Assembly (NCBI GenBank): GCA_003344405.1
Contig: NOWV01000002.1
Span: 868,001 to 932,000, forward strand
DNA from: Trichoplax sp. H2
Lineage: Eukaryota
Direction: 5' to 3'
Length of the DNA stretch: 64,000 nucleotides
The position numbers and the translations under genes were made by a program. Positions within the stretch are counted from its first letter, which is position 1; the number at the start of each line of letters is the position of its first letter. The notes beneath the pieces were generated by a model. That model was not told where the DNA came from. It did no database searches and was given only the letters and a program-made list of their open reading frames with translations. Positions 29,251-43,800 of the stretch are shown piece after piece.

Positions 29251-32200
29251 TAAAATCGAAAATTAACTGCAAGTGCTCGTCGCTCTTTATCTTATCTTAC
29301 AAAAGACTATTGATGGTATCACTTTCTTATTAACACGAGTTATTATCTATGTAATCTAGACAATATTGGTCTGAAGTCCTGTGTCGAAAATAAGAGTCAT
29401 CGATTATTGCAAAGCAGAGGGCCAATCGTCGTGCGTACTGTATTACTATCTAATACAACAGTGAAAAATTAGCGAGGCCTTTGTCAATTATTAAAATTAT
29501 TATTGATTATCATCATTGAGTGAATCTCACTGACCGGCTGACATCAAGAGTGAATGAACGATCCAATATCGATCTATCTTGTCGTCCAATTGTTCGATTA
29601 AAGAGAGAAAAAAATGTCCTCCATATTTTGCAATTCAACTTTCAAGTAGGACACGGTAATAATGTAGGATAGTAAGTATGATGATGATAATTGAATGATC
29701 GATCGCCATGACAGATACATTATTCGTACATACACTACTTGATTCTGTGATAACATGCAGTTAATTGAAGGTACAACATCAGGTAATGCATCAAATAGAC
29801 ATTACTAATGATTGATTTTGATTTCCCCCCCCCCTCACACTCCAAGATATCATATCATATCAGACTCTCGTTACGATCGACACAGTATCAGTCACCATTT
29901 GGCATACGTCAAGACTAAAGACAGTAATGACATTCAGTCCATCGACTCCTTCTACAATCTCTTTTTTTTCCCCCCCCATTCTTTAATACTGTAATAACCA
30001 ATGGCAGAGGAGATTTTAATTAATGCTTAATAAGAAGTTCATTTTTTTGGACTGTTGTTGTAACGTCGACAAGGGCTAAAGTTGTACGATAGATTCGACG
30101 TAGTAGCATAGTATAGGAGAATATTCTTTTTAAAATAGAGACATGGAGAAGAGAGAGAAAATTGGGGATCGGATATCTTCTACAGTAATTTATAGTTGAC
30201 CTTTTACTATGAAGGAATATCATGGTTGATTTTGTAAAGCCTACCAAATCAACATGTCATACTATGACTACAAGAAAAGAACTCCATTGTTTCATACCTT
30301 AGTGACAAATAATCTAATAAATAGGCAATAATATTAATAAGGTACAACGTGAAGGCGCCATGGATAGCCTTGACTTATTTTCATCATCATAGATAGGATA
30401 GAAAAGTAATAAATACATAAATTACAACTTTGAATCATCAATTAGCTATCATTGATTGAATAGGACAACATAGCCAAGTCTATAAAGACAGACCAAAATA
30501 TCAATTGAGTCGATGGTTACTGGTTAACTACTTTTGACTTTGTAGAGTAACATTTCTAAGGTATTTTTAATTTACCACCTAGTGAACAGAAAACAATTGT
30601 GCAATAAAAGTAGAGCCATGGTAGTCACAAATACCAACAAAAATGATCCCGAGTTTGACTCATGGGCTTCTAAGAAAATAGTCTAGTCTAATACTGTCCG
30701 TTAGACTAGCTCATTTCCACATAAGAGTATACGCTTTCATTTCTTTCAATCAATATTGGTCAAATTCTTCCATTTTGGACCTGTGTAACAGAACCCCAAT
30801 CCAATTAAATACAATTGAAATACATGTATACTTTACTCTTCTATTGCTATAAGCAATAATTTACCAACCTTCAGTACTCTTCAGTCCTCCATTTAGTAGT
30901 CTATAAAGAAAGTGATGTTTCAAGCCTTCGTTTTTTAAAGCACCAATATGAAGAAGTACACCCTCGAGTAAACAGTATAGGTTATATACCGTCTCCATAT
31001 TATATCGAGATTGAGATACGAGTATTCGCGTATGTACAATTCGATACAAAAAGAAATTGGTCGTATAACTTACTGATATATGTATTCAATACTAGTGCTG
31101 ACCAATAAATTATAGCAGCTCTAGACTGCAGTGCAAGCTTCCATTCTTCCTCAATGATGCTCTTCTAATCAGCCTTGTTTAATGTACAGTATAAAGTTTG
31201 TTAATATTAGATATTTAGATATTGTACATTTTATATATGCGGTTATATTGTCACGTAATGAATAGAAAAAGTCCCTTTCAATCTTTTACTACTATCGATA
31301 CTTTGCCTTATTTTTAATGGTATTCCCAATATCAACTTTGTTTCATCTATACGACATACTAACATTGGATGTTTTTAATCTATGTATATGTACTTAATCA
31401 AATAGGTCTAGTCAATTTTTTGACTATTATTATCTTTCGCCCTTTTCCATTGATAGTGTTGTGATTAGTCTTGTTTCATACATACGATATGCCAACGTTG
31501 GATATTTTGATACTGTGCACTTAATCGAATAAGTTCCGTTAGTATTTCTCTCTCCCAAACACACTATCCTTAATTACCCTAGTTTAATCTCAAACCCTCA
31601 TTTCAAACGTTGGAAAGTCAATTACGATGTACAGACATACTCGTATATATTACAAATGGAATGTATCTCGCCCATTTTCACCACTATTAATCAATCTTGT
31701 ATACTTTCCCGGTAATATAGTAGTATTTTAATCCATTTTTTCCGATCTATATCATCATAATAATTGATATACGTAAATTTCTTTGCTAGAGTAGGTCTCG
31801 TCTATTTTTAAATAAGCATCTCGTTCTCCATGATAGCATTTAAAATAATTAGCATTGCTTAATCTATGTTTATTATAAATATTAAGCAGTAGATGGCAGA
31901 AATAGTAAGACAAGCATTTTAAGTATACTCGATCGCCATAAACAAAGATTCTTTTAGTTTTCTTTAGCCTTTTTATTTTTGATTTAATCAATTTTGAGAC
32001 ATGATTACAACGATCAAGAAAAGCCAAAACTCATTTTTAATCGCTTTTGATTGAAAATAAGTAATCTTAACTACGTTTATTGGCCACATAACTCATTTAT
32101 TCAACCTTAATAAGCTAAACGATTCTAGAAAGAAACTTCCTATTTCTCTACCTACTCTGACTAATAAAAATCTACATAACTACTACGGTATAATAAAAAA

Positions 32201-33511
32201 AAATTGTCTTCGATTGAACTTAGTCGGCAGTAATAGATTTTATGGTATGCTAGATAGTACTTTTAAGTATCGAGAGTCATCATGGCGTAGTGTATCGGTA
32301 AATTATTTCCATCTGTTATTTCTGATAGGTCACAACTTGGCTTGCAAATACAGTTTAGGCTAAAAATATCAAAAAAGTCGATTGACTGCTTATTTCTTTC
32401 TCTCATCTCAACAGATAAAACGCATTACTGCAATATTGAATAAATGGGTTAATTTAGTATATATCAGGTATAGTGATGAAGAATTTTACAGGCTTGTTTA
32501 TGTCATGACGACGACTACTGTACCAACCAAATATTCAAATAATAATAAGTGCTATTTAAAGAAAAAATTGACTAGGGTGAAAAGTTGAACGTGATATATA
32601 TCAAGAATACTTTTAACTATCACTCTTTGACTAGCATTCTTTCTTGATCCGTTGCAAATCTTCATCAACTGTTGTAGTAATAGATATTTGGAATAAAACA
32701 CTTGAATGTAACAATTTTTAATCTTCATGTTAATACAATACACATACTGTCGTCTACTTTAATATTGATCGTTTTCACAGAGTGAAAATAACATCATTTT
32801 TTTACTGAGCCACCGTTTATGTATTCTAGTGTCTAAAAAATAAAAACAATAGCCAGTGAAATTATATTGTGTCATATATTGGATGGTGCAGTATTGATTG
32901 ATCAACCTCTATAACCAGATTATTATTCCTTACTATATCATATATCAGTTAAGGTCGAATTAAAGCCTTAATTTATACTATTTCTAATTTCTAAGAGTTC
33001 ATGATGAAAAAGAAAATAAAGTAAAATTAGCGTTGGAATAAGGATAATATTCTTATACTATTGTCGTCTAATAAAATAGGTTGATGGCGATAATAGAATA
33101 CTATTAAATGTATATATATACGAGTATACTATAGTAAAATAGTGCTTCCATTTTCAGATCCATCATTGGTAAAATGCCTGTACATTGAGGATTGTTTCTC
33201 TGATGGTCTGATTACTTCTATCCTAAATTGGTTCAATTTTTTTGGATACAAATATTGGATTCTATCATTTCGACGGCTGTGGATCACATACAAATAAAGC
33301 AACGTGAGAATAAATGTGTTTTCAAGCTCTTCTCTAACGATAAAGTACATACTATAGTTTAATCTATTGGCCGTCTATAGACACAAAAGCAACAGCATCC
33401 GTAGCGGCTTCTTGCAATTTTTCTTTTGTTACTTTGATTATCATCATTATTGTTAACTACAGTACTAATCAAGTCAATCGTGACTAAAGAGCGTTGTAAC
33501 AGTAGTTACAA

Positions 33512-35527
33512 ATGTCACGAGTGTTTATTTGTAGATCAATGGTTTTGGTAGTGCTAGCATCGATGTCTTTATGCGATAACATCATTGATAATATCGATAT
33601 TATCTCAATCAATCAGTCCAATTGGCAGCTAAATGATACATCCTATGAACCATTTGGTAACTGTGCACTTATTAACGACAATTCAGGAAGCCAACAACTT
33701 TTATCAATATCTATTGATCCAATTTACGATTGGGATATCATTAAAAACCATTTAAATCAATTTGAGAAAGTTCTTTCTAGATTTGATTGCCGAGACAAGA
33801 GTCAATATCGTTATTCTATGATTTGGAGATGTAGTGATTGTCAGGTAAGTTCTTATGGCAGTATATGACACTAATATAAATTTGCTTCCATTCAAAATTC
33901 TATTCAACCCGTATAGTGAACACTTAGCAATGTGATACTAACAATTTCTACATAATGGAGAGAGGCAGAAATAAATAGATCGCATAGAACCTTCATTTTT
34001 TTAAACGTGATTTTACTATATTAAATGGATGAAAATTATAATTACGTCTTAATAAACAACCGAGCGTTACCGCATTGATTAGTATGACAGACAAATAATA
34101 AATAATTCATGATAATGTTCAATGGCACATTTTGGAAGTCAATAAATTATAAATGTACAAAGAAGAGTCGATTAATGATCCTCCCTAACATGATTTTTAT
34201 ACCATGATTAAGCAACCGTCGTTTTTCTTCTTATCAGCTATCCCTTTATTTGGCCTTTAAATCAAAAGACGTTAAAATAAACAAATGCTATAGTAATGCC
34301 TATCGAAATGATAGGGTTGATTATAATTATTGTAATACTACATGTATATTACTATACCATAATGTGAAGTAATATAACCCATAAGATAGACTCTTTTTCT
34401 AGTCCTATCCATCACTTAACGTTAGTGTAGCGATCGTAACAATAATGTAGCATCCAATCTTGTACTTTAAGACCAATATCAAGCTTGCTCATTAAATAGT
34501 TACGCTACTGTCTTCATCAACCTACCATATCGTATATTTTAAAAAATAATACTTTTATCTCTATAACAATCAACTAGCTAGGCAATATAGTACGATTGTT
34601 TAATGTTAATAATTAATATAATTGCATCCCACTTTCTATCGTGTAACCTAAAATTCTATCTAATATTTTAAAAATTGTATACGAAACTCCGATATTGTAT
34701 AAGTAGCTTACCGTATAATAGCTGCTTTATTTAACATTAAAGATTATTTTGATTAAAATTTATTTGCAGGCCGTATATTATATTTGGCTATATCTATCAT
34801 CTACTGTTATTCAAGTCAATGGCACCATTATTAAACCATGTTTAGACGTTTGCAATAGCGTCTTGCAAAGATGTCCTTACCTTGCTGCAAGTTTACAGCA
34901 CAGCTACGATGGTGAATCGGCATTTGATTGCCCATGTGAGTTAGAGCAAATAATGGCATAATTTGATCGTATAACCAGGATATATCGATAGTTTTTCACC
35001 ATAAGAGTTATATCCATTAACGTCTTATTAGTATCGCTTGGTTGCTCTCTATAGCGATAAACTAATTCGTATTATGCCATGTTTTATCAATTCTTTCGAT
35101 CGTAAAAGGTGATACAATGATATTACAGTAGTAATACAAAAAAACTAATGTCCATGATCCTTTTTTTACTTTTTTAACAGCTGAGAACGCGGTACAAGCA
35201 CTTGGAAATAGCAGTTATGCACTAACAAATTGTATTACATATAACCAGTCTATGCTAGATATGGAGAAAATGCAATATAATCTAACGTGTGAAGAGAACA
35301 ATGTTTACATGACTACCGATGTAACCACAATCAACAAAACGCTCCATAATAATTTTGTAACTGAAAAAGATTTTGCATCCAAATGTCATTATCGATTGAA
35401 CAGAACCATGTATGAATTATATGTAAAAACTGCTATTGTTAATAGTGCAGTTAGCATAGCAAGTTTTAGTATTAATACGGTAGTATTATCGTTTATTTAT
35501 TTACTACATACTGTACTTAGATATTAA
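33512..35527 (+). CDS. NALF/FAM155 (NLF-1/Mid1-like) cysteine-rich NALCN auxiliary subunit, 3 exons (33512-33844, 34770-34935, 35181-35527)
   Basis: N-terminal signal-like segment, then FEKVLSRFDC...YSMIWRCSDCQ|AVYYIWL...IKPCLDVCNSVLQRCPYL...YDGESAFDCP. This follows the FAM155/Mid1 CRD pattern (YS..C..C...Y..W, PC...C..V...CP, Y.G...F.C). The C-terminal tail is hydrophobic and splice phases are compatible. Confidence 0.82.
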
Positions 35528-37806
35528 CGGGACTATTTTTGATTGCTATGGCTTAATAAGTTGTCAGTAAATGCTGTAATATTGATCAAGGTAGCAACTA
35601 CCATTCACGTATTAGAGAATAATAAATTTATACATTTTCAATTATGTAATTGCTTCGTGTACGTTTATGAAAGTTAGTTGACTCATAATTAGCGCCCCAA
35701 TTTAGACGTAAAAAGCCGATTTGACTTTATAATAATACTGCACTCTCAGGAACAAATTCTTACCATTCTTGGTAATGAATGAATCTTGTTACAGGAGGCT
35801 TGCTGAGATTTATCCTAGATTGCCTTTATAATCTCCATCAATTAGTTTTTACAATCCTTGATACATCGTGCTTACTAGATACCTGTTTATAAAATTTTAA
35901 ATGGATAGTATATTAATTTATAAAAATTTTCAAGGTATCTTACTTAAAGTTGCAAACAAGTGCTCAATGAGTACCGTACTCTAACATGGCTCTTCCTGTT
36001 CTATGTCAATAATTTAATCTAGCACTTGATCAAACCAATATTTTTTAAAATTTGTTTTCAATCTTGCTAATTTTTTCTCACTAAATGGCATTATTCAGAT
36101 AGTGATACTTATTATCTTCGGACCAATCGATCCTTATTCTTGGGCACTCAGTGTCTAAAGAACTACAAAAAAGGATTAATTGTAGCGGTTTCGTCATGTT
36201 AAAAAATAATCTGTAAATAAATGGACTGTGCTGTTCTTTTAGATATAGGTACTGAATTCTAATTGATCATTTTTACGTTATAAATAAGTCAATTTCTAGT
36301 GCTTGATTCATTTCTACTTAACCGATTTTTTAATGTGCATATATACTGTTACCATCAGTACTCCGTTTATAAAAGCGATAAAATTATTCACAAATATGCT
36401 TGGTAATTTCTATTGCCATGTTTAATCGCTAGCTAGACGAAGCATTATATCAGCAATTCACTATTAACAATACTCAAGATTTCGAAGCATCTGAGTTGCG
36501 AATACTTATCTCGTATGTTACGTAGCAAAATGAAAGTATGTATCAACATCTAAATTAGCAGCTCTTACTGGTTAAAATATTGAGTAATAAGTCTTGCGTG
36601 ATGACAAAAGTCAATACTGGCTCTTTATACATAATACATTAAGAATATAAAGCGGTATCTGAATATACTAGAGTAATATTGAGCTATGTACAAATAATTA
36701 CTATTTTTAAGTATTATTCTTTCTACTCAGTACGTAAGTATTCGTGTATTAATTGATCAATTCAGTCCAACTTTTAGTTTAAATATATACACCCAAATGG
36801 GCTTGAAATATGGAATAAAACTGTTAGTTCTCAAGCGAAATAATGTCGAAGCTACTTTTGCTTTCATCAAATTAATCCCTATTTACAAGTACTACACGAC
36901 GTCTATTAGTATTGTTTTAAAATAATGATAAAAATAATCTCTAGACAGTAAAAGTAATATCATATAACTGTCACTTATTAAATTGTACCGTATCGAAAAG
37001 TGATCTAGGGAAACTAATATCTCATATATTTGATCATATGCATAAGATCATACACTAACGGAAACAGAGCCTCTGGAGAATAACTATATTTGACTTAGCA
37101 TTTATAGGAACGCACTATTTTATACATTATGCAACGTCTCTTAAATGGTACTGGAAAGATAATTTTCTGTGGTTTACATTCTACGGTTTCTGGCCTGGTA
37201 TGCTGGTTGTGAGTTAGTGGTACAAAATGCAAAACTGCGATAACCTTTTAAAAAATTCTAATATGAGGTTTATGAAGTACATGAGCATAAATACATTGAC
37301 AAATCTCCTAAACGTAGGAATAAGAATTATACGTTTTATTCAAGAAATACAATAGCAGCAAGACTAATGACATTTAAAAGTAAGTAACTCAACAGATAGA
37401 TGCATCAACATTTTATTAAAGTAATGATTCTAAAATTCAATCAATCGAACCCTAAACAAATTGAAATAATTTCCTTTTACTGGCAATTACTAATTTTTTT
37501 TAATAAATAATTAATTTCAACTAAACTAGTCAGGGTTATCTGCAATTTTAACAAGGTACTAGTGGTTGAATATGGGTAGAAAAAGAATCTAGTGATTGAC
37601 ATCTCTAGACCAACTTTACGACGTCATGATATTTTCATCATTTTGTGTGGAACCTATTGTAATATTTATCGCCTATTTATATTTAGATCTAGACCAGAAC
37701 TAAAGTTGCATTTTAAATAGAAAATGCCTATAGAAGTAATCATAAAAATTTTGTTCTTTCTTGTAGTTTTACGCACAAAACATTGAATACATTTCCACGT
37801 CCATCG

Positions 37807-40800
37807 TTAATTTCCAAATGTTGATTTTTTGCAAACTATACACCTACTGATCTCAGAACTAGTCGCTGATGCACTTAATACTTGTTGAGTTGGAGGATCG
37901 AATTGCTGACTTGCGTTAATGGCTTTCATCCAAAAACTTAGCCCTCCAACGGTGTTAATACAAGTTCCTCTAGAGTTACATTCGATGAAGGGTTGTGATC
38001 TAAAGCTACGTAAGCAAGAGCCAGGGGATTGTAATTGTTGGCCGGAACCTTGATTTCCAGTGCCAGTTTGCTAAAGTAAGTTTTATAAGATAACATTGGT
38101 TAATGCTAGAATATACCTAAATGTTTCATACATGTTCAAATAGTAAATCTCTATCTTGAATATCATCGAAAACGCCATAATTTTTGATTAGGATAAGAGA
38201 AAATATTTATTACACATTCTGAGAATCTTTGTAACATCACATATTACAAGCTATCATTTATTCATTTATTCATAAATTATAATTTCATTTTTCAAGCTTA
38301 TTAAGCTACTATAAATCCCAAAAATACTTCTTATCCAAAAATGATTTCTAATGACTAGCAACTGTATTATACCAGGTCAGATATTATAAAAATAACAAAT
38401 AATACCTTACTGTATAAGTGTAAAAAGTGATTTATAGCTTAGAAGAATGTACATTGCACAGTATTATATCTTTTATCAAGGATATGAAATTAGTTAAGAA
38501 ATTATTAAGACTTCGCAATTTATGCTGAACGTATAACAACTGTTTACTACAAGGTCTATTCAGCTGTACCCATAGTCATGACCAAAGTAATCAAATTGCT
38601 TACCATAACGTAGCTGTACCCTTCCCATAACTGCTGCCATCCATTTGGACAGCTTGGAGCGGTACTAGTTTGACTATGGAATGCAGCAACTGGAGCGTTA
38701 GCTTCACAAACAGAGCATCTGTATTTATAAAGAATTAAAAATATTTTTAGAAGCCATTATTTGCACTATAAAACTACGCTATCAGTATTGATTACCGTCC
38801 AATGTAAGGGGCTATGTTGGATCCAGAGATGGGTACATAAGATGGAGCAAGAGATGCAGATAACCAATAACTGACGCCCAATCTCGTCGCAATATCGCAG
38901 CGTTGATTTAATGAGCAAAACATATATGGCAATGTAGTAAATCGCTCTAGACAAGAACTACTACGGCCAAGATCTTGACCTATAGTCTGCCCATTACCTT
39001 CCACAAAGAGTAAGCTATAACCAGACCAAAGTGTGGTAAAAGGGCTGGGACATTGAGGAACTGTTGTACTTTGGCTATGTATAGCCATAACATCACCGAT
39101 TTGATTATCTCCAGGTTGTCCACGGCCACCAGGATCCCCTCGTCGACCGCGATTACCTTTTTCACCCTTTTCGCCTGTTGTACCAATCTGCCCTTTATCA
39201 CCTTTGGGGCCATCATTACCAGGAGGACCTTGCGGTCCTACTTCGCCCTTTGGGCCAAGATCACCTTTAGAGCCATTAAATCCACGAGGGCCAATAGGTC
39301 CAACATCTCCCTTTATTCCTGTATTTCCCTTATCACCTTTTATGCCTGGGCTGCCTTTTTCTCCTTGTTCGAGCACAAATACCGAGCCAGTTTCATTCAT
39401 ATAATACGATAATCCTCTTAAACCTCGTTGACCTTATTAACAGAAATAGGTACATTTATGGAGAAGTTATTGCTGCATTTGAACGATAGCTATAGTTATA
39501 ATAAGATTTTGAACTAGTAATCAATTCTAGACTATAAAATTGATTGCTAATAATGAGATATGACCGTAATACTCCATTTAAACCTTTTTCTCCTTTTTCT
39601 CCTTGCAATCCAATGTCTCCTTTTGCCCCTGTATCGCCCTTAGAACCGTTAAACCCAGGAGGACCCGGGTCGCCTTGAATACCAATCTGGCCTTTCTCTC
39701 CTCGATCTCCTTTAGTTCCATTAACACCTTGAATGTGATAAAGGAAAGTGAAAATTGCTTATAATCATGGTAATTTAGTACATTCTTGCAGTTTAAATAT
39801 CTTTAATAAGTACTGCACTGGTAACGCAAAATTTACTTTCAAACGTCTAAGATAGGTTACCTTGAAAGCCAATTGGTCCTTTATCGCCTTTTGGCCCTGG
39901 ATTAGTTCCATCGCGACCGTTAAGTCCAGGTACACCTTTCTCTCCTTTCATTCCATAGAGACCTTCTTCTCCTTTATCACCTTTCGGACCATCGAACCCT
40001 TTTATGAATACGTAAATGAAAGCAAATTATCGAAAACGTAAATTTCTTCATTAAATTTCAAAATATTCCAAATGATCAATTAACTTGTAGTACACACATA
40101 GTTTTCTTATCAAGTATCAATAATTGCAGTATTCATTTAAAATCTTTTTAATTTATCATTTTAAAAGTTTGTAGAGAGGTATTGCGAAACGAAAATTCCC
40201 TCTTGAACCTTACTGGCATTCGGTGTGCTAATTGTTTATATGCGCGCGATTTTATCACATTGATATTTATCGTAGTGTTAAATTCTCACCCTGATCTATT
40301 ATAATACTAGAAGTTATTAACGCAAAATTACTATTAGTTTATCATTTTAGATTATCATGGATGATAGCTCAATTTTAATTCCTATCTGGTACTCCATAAT
40401 AATTCTTGAACTGCCTGTAGCATTTTATCATATTGGCATCTATTTTTACAATTACTATTAAATATCAGTAGATTTTACCTTAAATCTAGTTAGTTTATCG
40501 TCTTATGAGACTGCCGTAAAATGAAATGTAGCCCTTCAAATCTTATCTGTTATTCCATCGTCGACTATCAGTAACTATGGGTGTAATTTGTATTCCTAAC
40601 TCAATATCAACAATTATGGCCTATAGTATTGATTAATTGAAGAATTACCAATTTATTATTCAAAGAAATTGATGATAGAGTACCAATATTGGCGATACGT
40701 ATTTTAATACCCTTGGGTCATATTGGATAACTTTAGTTAGCTTAGATAAATGATAGCGTACGCTTCAGTAGCCAAGTCTATTAACTTACCATCAGTTCCA

Positions 40801-43800
40801 TTAAATCCTATAGGTCCCGTCAATCCTATTGGGCCAGTTGCACCTTTCTCACCAGGCTCACCTTTGGGACCTGAGCCATCACCAATTGGTCCTTGAGGCC
40901 CAGTTCCTCCAGTATTTCCCTTTTCGCCAGCTGCACCTTGTGAACCTGTAGCACCTTTATCACCCTTAGGACCTACTGATCCTGCTAGGCCTGTTTCTCC
41001 TTTAGCACCAATATCACCTTGTTGTCCTATAGCCAATTCAAGAGATCAAAATATTGATTTTATGAAATACGAGGATATTGCTAATGCCAGCCTTGAATAG
41101 ATCCTCAAATAGATTAAATAAATTGATTGTACCTTTATCTCCTTGCATTCCCTTACATTCACTACTACCATCTTCGCCTTTCGGCCCAGTTGGTCCAATC
41201 TCACCTTTGCTACCTAGAGGTCCTTTAGGTCCTCGTGGGCCTGCATTACCTTTATCTCCTTTTTCGCCTTTCGGGCCTATATTTCCTTGAAAACCCTGCT
41301 GACCCGCTTGGCCTAGAACAAAATAACCAGAATCTTGTTATCTATTTGAAAATTAATGAATATGTAGCAGCAATCTAGTATCTGTATACTTTAATTGTAA
41401 TATAATAATTAACCAATATAATAACAAATCATATATAATAAACAATTAACGGAGGCAGTTGTATTCTACTAGAATTAAATAGGGAAAGTTTCATTTTGTA
41501 ACCTTGAGGTCCTTGAGGGCCTTTGTCTCCAGTAAAACCGTTATCACCCTTTTCACCTTTATCACCTTTTGATCCAGTCACTCCAATTGGACCTTTAGGG
41601 CCTATAGGTCCGGTATCACCTTTAGGACCTGATTAGACATGTATAGGTTATTTGAGACAATATAATTAATTGCTAAAAAAAGTACCGCATTAGTCTATTT
41701 AATCCATGAAATGTAATTACCTATATCGCCTTTTAGGCCCTTTTCGCCTTGACTTCCTTTATCACCTTTATCGCCATCGGTACCATTAATTCCAATGGGC
41801 CCAAGTGATCCCTTATCACCTTTATTTCCTACAATACCCTGATCACCTTGAATGCCTTGATTACCTTTTTCCCCTTTATCTCCTTTGCCACCAACTTCTC
41901 CTTTTTGGCCTGGTATTCCGCTACTACCAGCCAATCCTCTGTTGCCTTTATCACCTTTGGGACCATCAATGCCTGCGATACCTTGCTGACCTAACGAATC
42001 GATCATGGAGAATTCAATTTAGAAATACTTTAATTCAGTAAGGCTGATAAGATTATTACATTTTACTTAACGCCAATTAACTACCCGCATCTGATATTTA
42101 CACACTTAGAAATTGTATAAAACTGCTTCAAACGATTAATAATCGTTTTAAATCATTTTATATCTTTTAATGAGATTGGTAGACCACGAAAATTGTATTG
42201 GTATTAAGAATTCTTAATCATTTTAGATTTGCGTAGCTATTACCATAAATATTTCATCATTATATGAAAATAGCGTCTGAAATGTTGGTATGCAATGTTG
42301 CGCTATTTATATCTTAATTTAAATAATTGATCAATCTTAATGATGGTTTCATATCTTAATTTACGTAAATTTATTCAATAAATTGACATAAAATATCCAA
42401 TTATGAGTTATAAAACCTACCCAGTAAGATTATTAACAATAACCTAAAATACTTTTAGAAATCGTAGCTATACTACAATAAATTATTCTAAGGTATGGAT
42501 AAGATACGATATATATTCTTTTTTACATGGGAAATGATCACTAAATAGACAATATTTACTATTTGAATAACCCTGTATGAATTATACTAGTACTCGTATA
42601 CGGCACACGGTCACAAGTACGTTAGCGATCAGGGCTATCTCGGAAAATTCGGCTATACTAAACTAGCGAACCTTTATCTCCTTTAGTGCCGTTCATTCCT
42701 CTATCACCAGTAGAACCTGTTGCACCTAAATCGCCTTTTTGCCCAAGCTCTCCTTTCTGGCCAGTGGCACCTTTGAAACCCTTCAAACCTTGTTGGCCTG
42801 TAGTTCCCGGTGCGCCCTTCTGACCTTTGCTTCCAGGTCTTCCTGGTATCCCAGGCTGACCAGCAAATCCTATTTATTTCGAAGTGAATGGTCATGAAAT
42901 TAATATTACTATTGGAAGTAGAGTTAACACTGTTATGGACTGGTTATATATCGTATTCAAAGTTATTAAGCTACTAACATCAATTCTATATCGTTATAGG
43001 CATGCATTACCTTTTTCTCCTGTTAGACCTTTGCTTCCTTTCGGGCCAGCCGCACCTTGTAAGCCAGTCTCACCTAGCGGACCTTTTTCTCCTTTTGCAC
43101 CTGTATCACCTTTAAATACCGACGATAAGAGATTATTAATTTCAAAAAGGATACGCATATAAATACATTAGTCAAAATCTTACAAAAGAATTAAAATCAG
43201 CTTTTACAAAGACTAAATATCAAGAAATTAATTTGTTATCAGATTTTGAATTTGAATCGAAAGTGAGGATTATAATTTATAGATTTAATATATTATATAA
43301 TTAAAGTAAACTAGACAATAATAGTGCCAGCGAACATTGTATAATGAGGAAGTGTAGTCATTTTTTTGACGTTAATTAAGATATTGTGGCAGAAATAAAA
43401 TTAAGTTTCTTGATAGCAACTAGAAATTTATCAAGTAAGGAATTAATTAGCAGAACTCTTGGCAATTCAGCTGAAAATCATCCGTGCAACAATAAGAGTA
43501 CCTTTCACGCCACGGTCTCCGATATCTCCTTTTTCTCCTTTTAAGCCGTCCGTGCCGCGACTACCCTTAGCTCCAGGAAAGCCAGCAAGTCCCCGATCAC
43601 CTTTGTCTCCTTTAAATCCTTGCACACCTTTACTTCCTTTCGATCCTTTATTCCCTTTATCTCCACTAAGGCCACCTTGGCCTAAATTTTTCAATAGTAT
43701 TTGGGAATAAATCTTGTTATCAAATTTTCGCATTAATTGAGCTAATTAAAGTGGGTTATAGTCTATTTAAATTTCAAACCTTTATCTCCCTTGTCTCCTG

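Noticed and set aside
29300..33400. Short ORFs (60-90 aa) upstream of the NALF-like gene, and similar ones at 7685, 10057, 27685 and 51036
   Set aside because: They have AT-rich non-coding composition, no recognisable motifs and no consistent splice chain.
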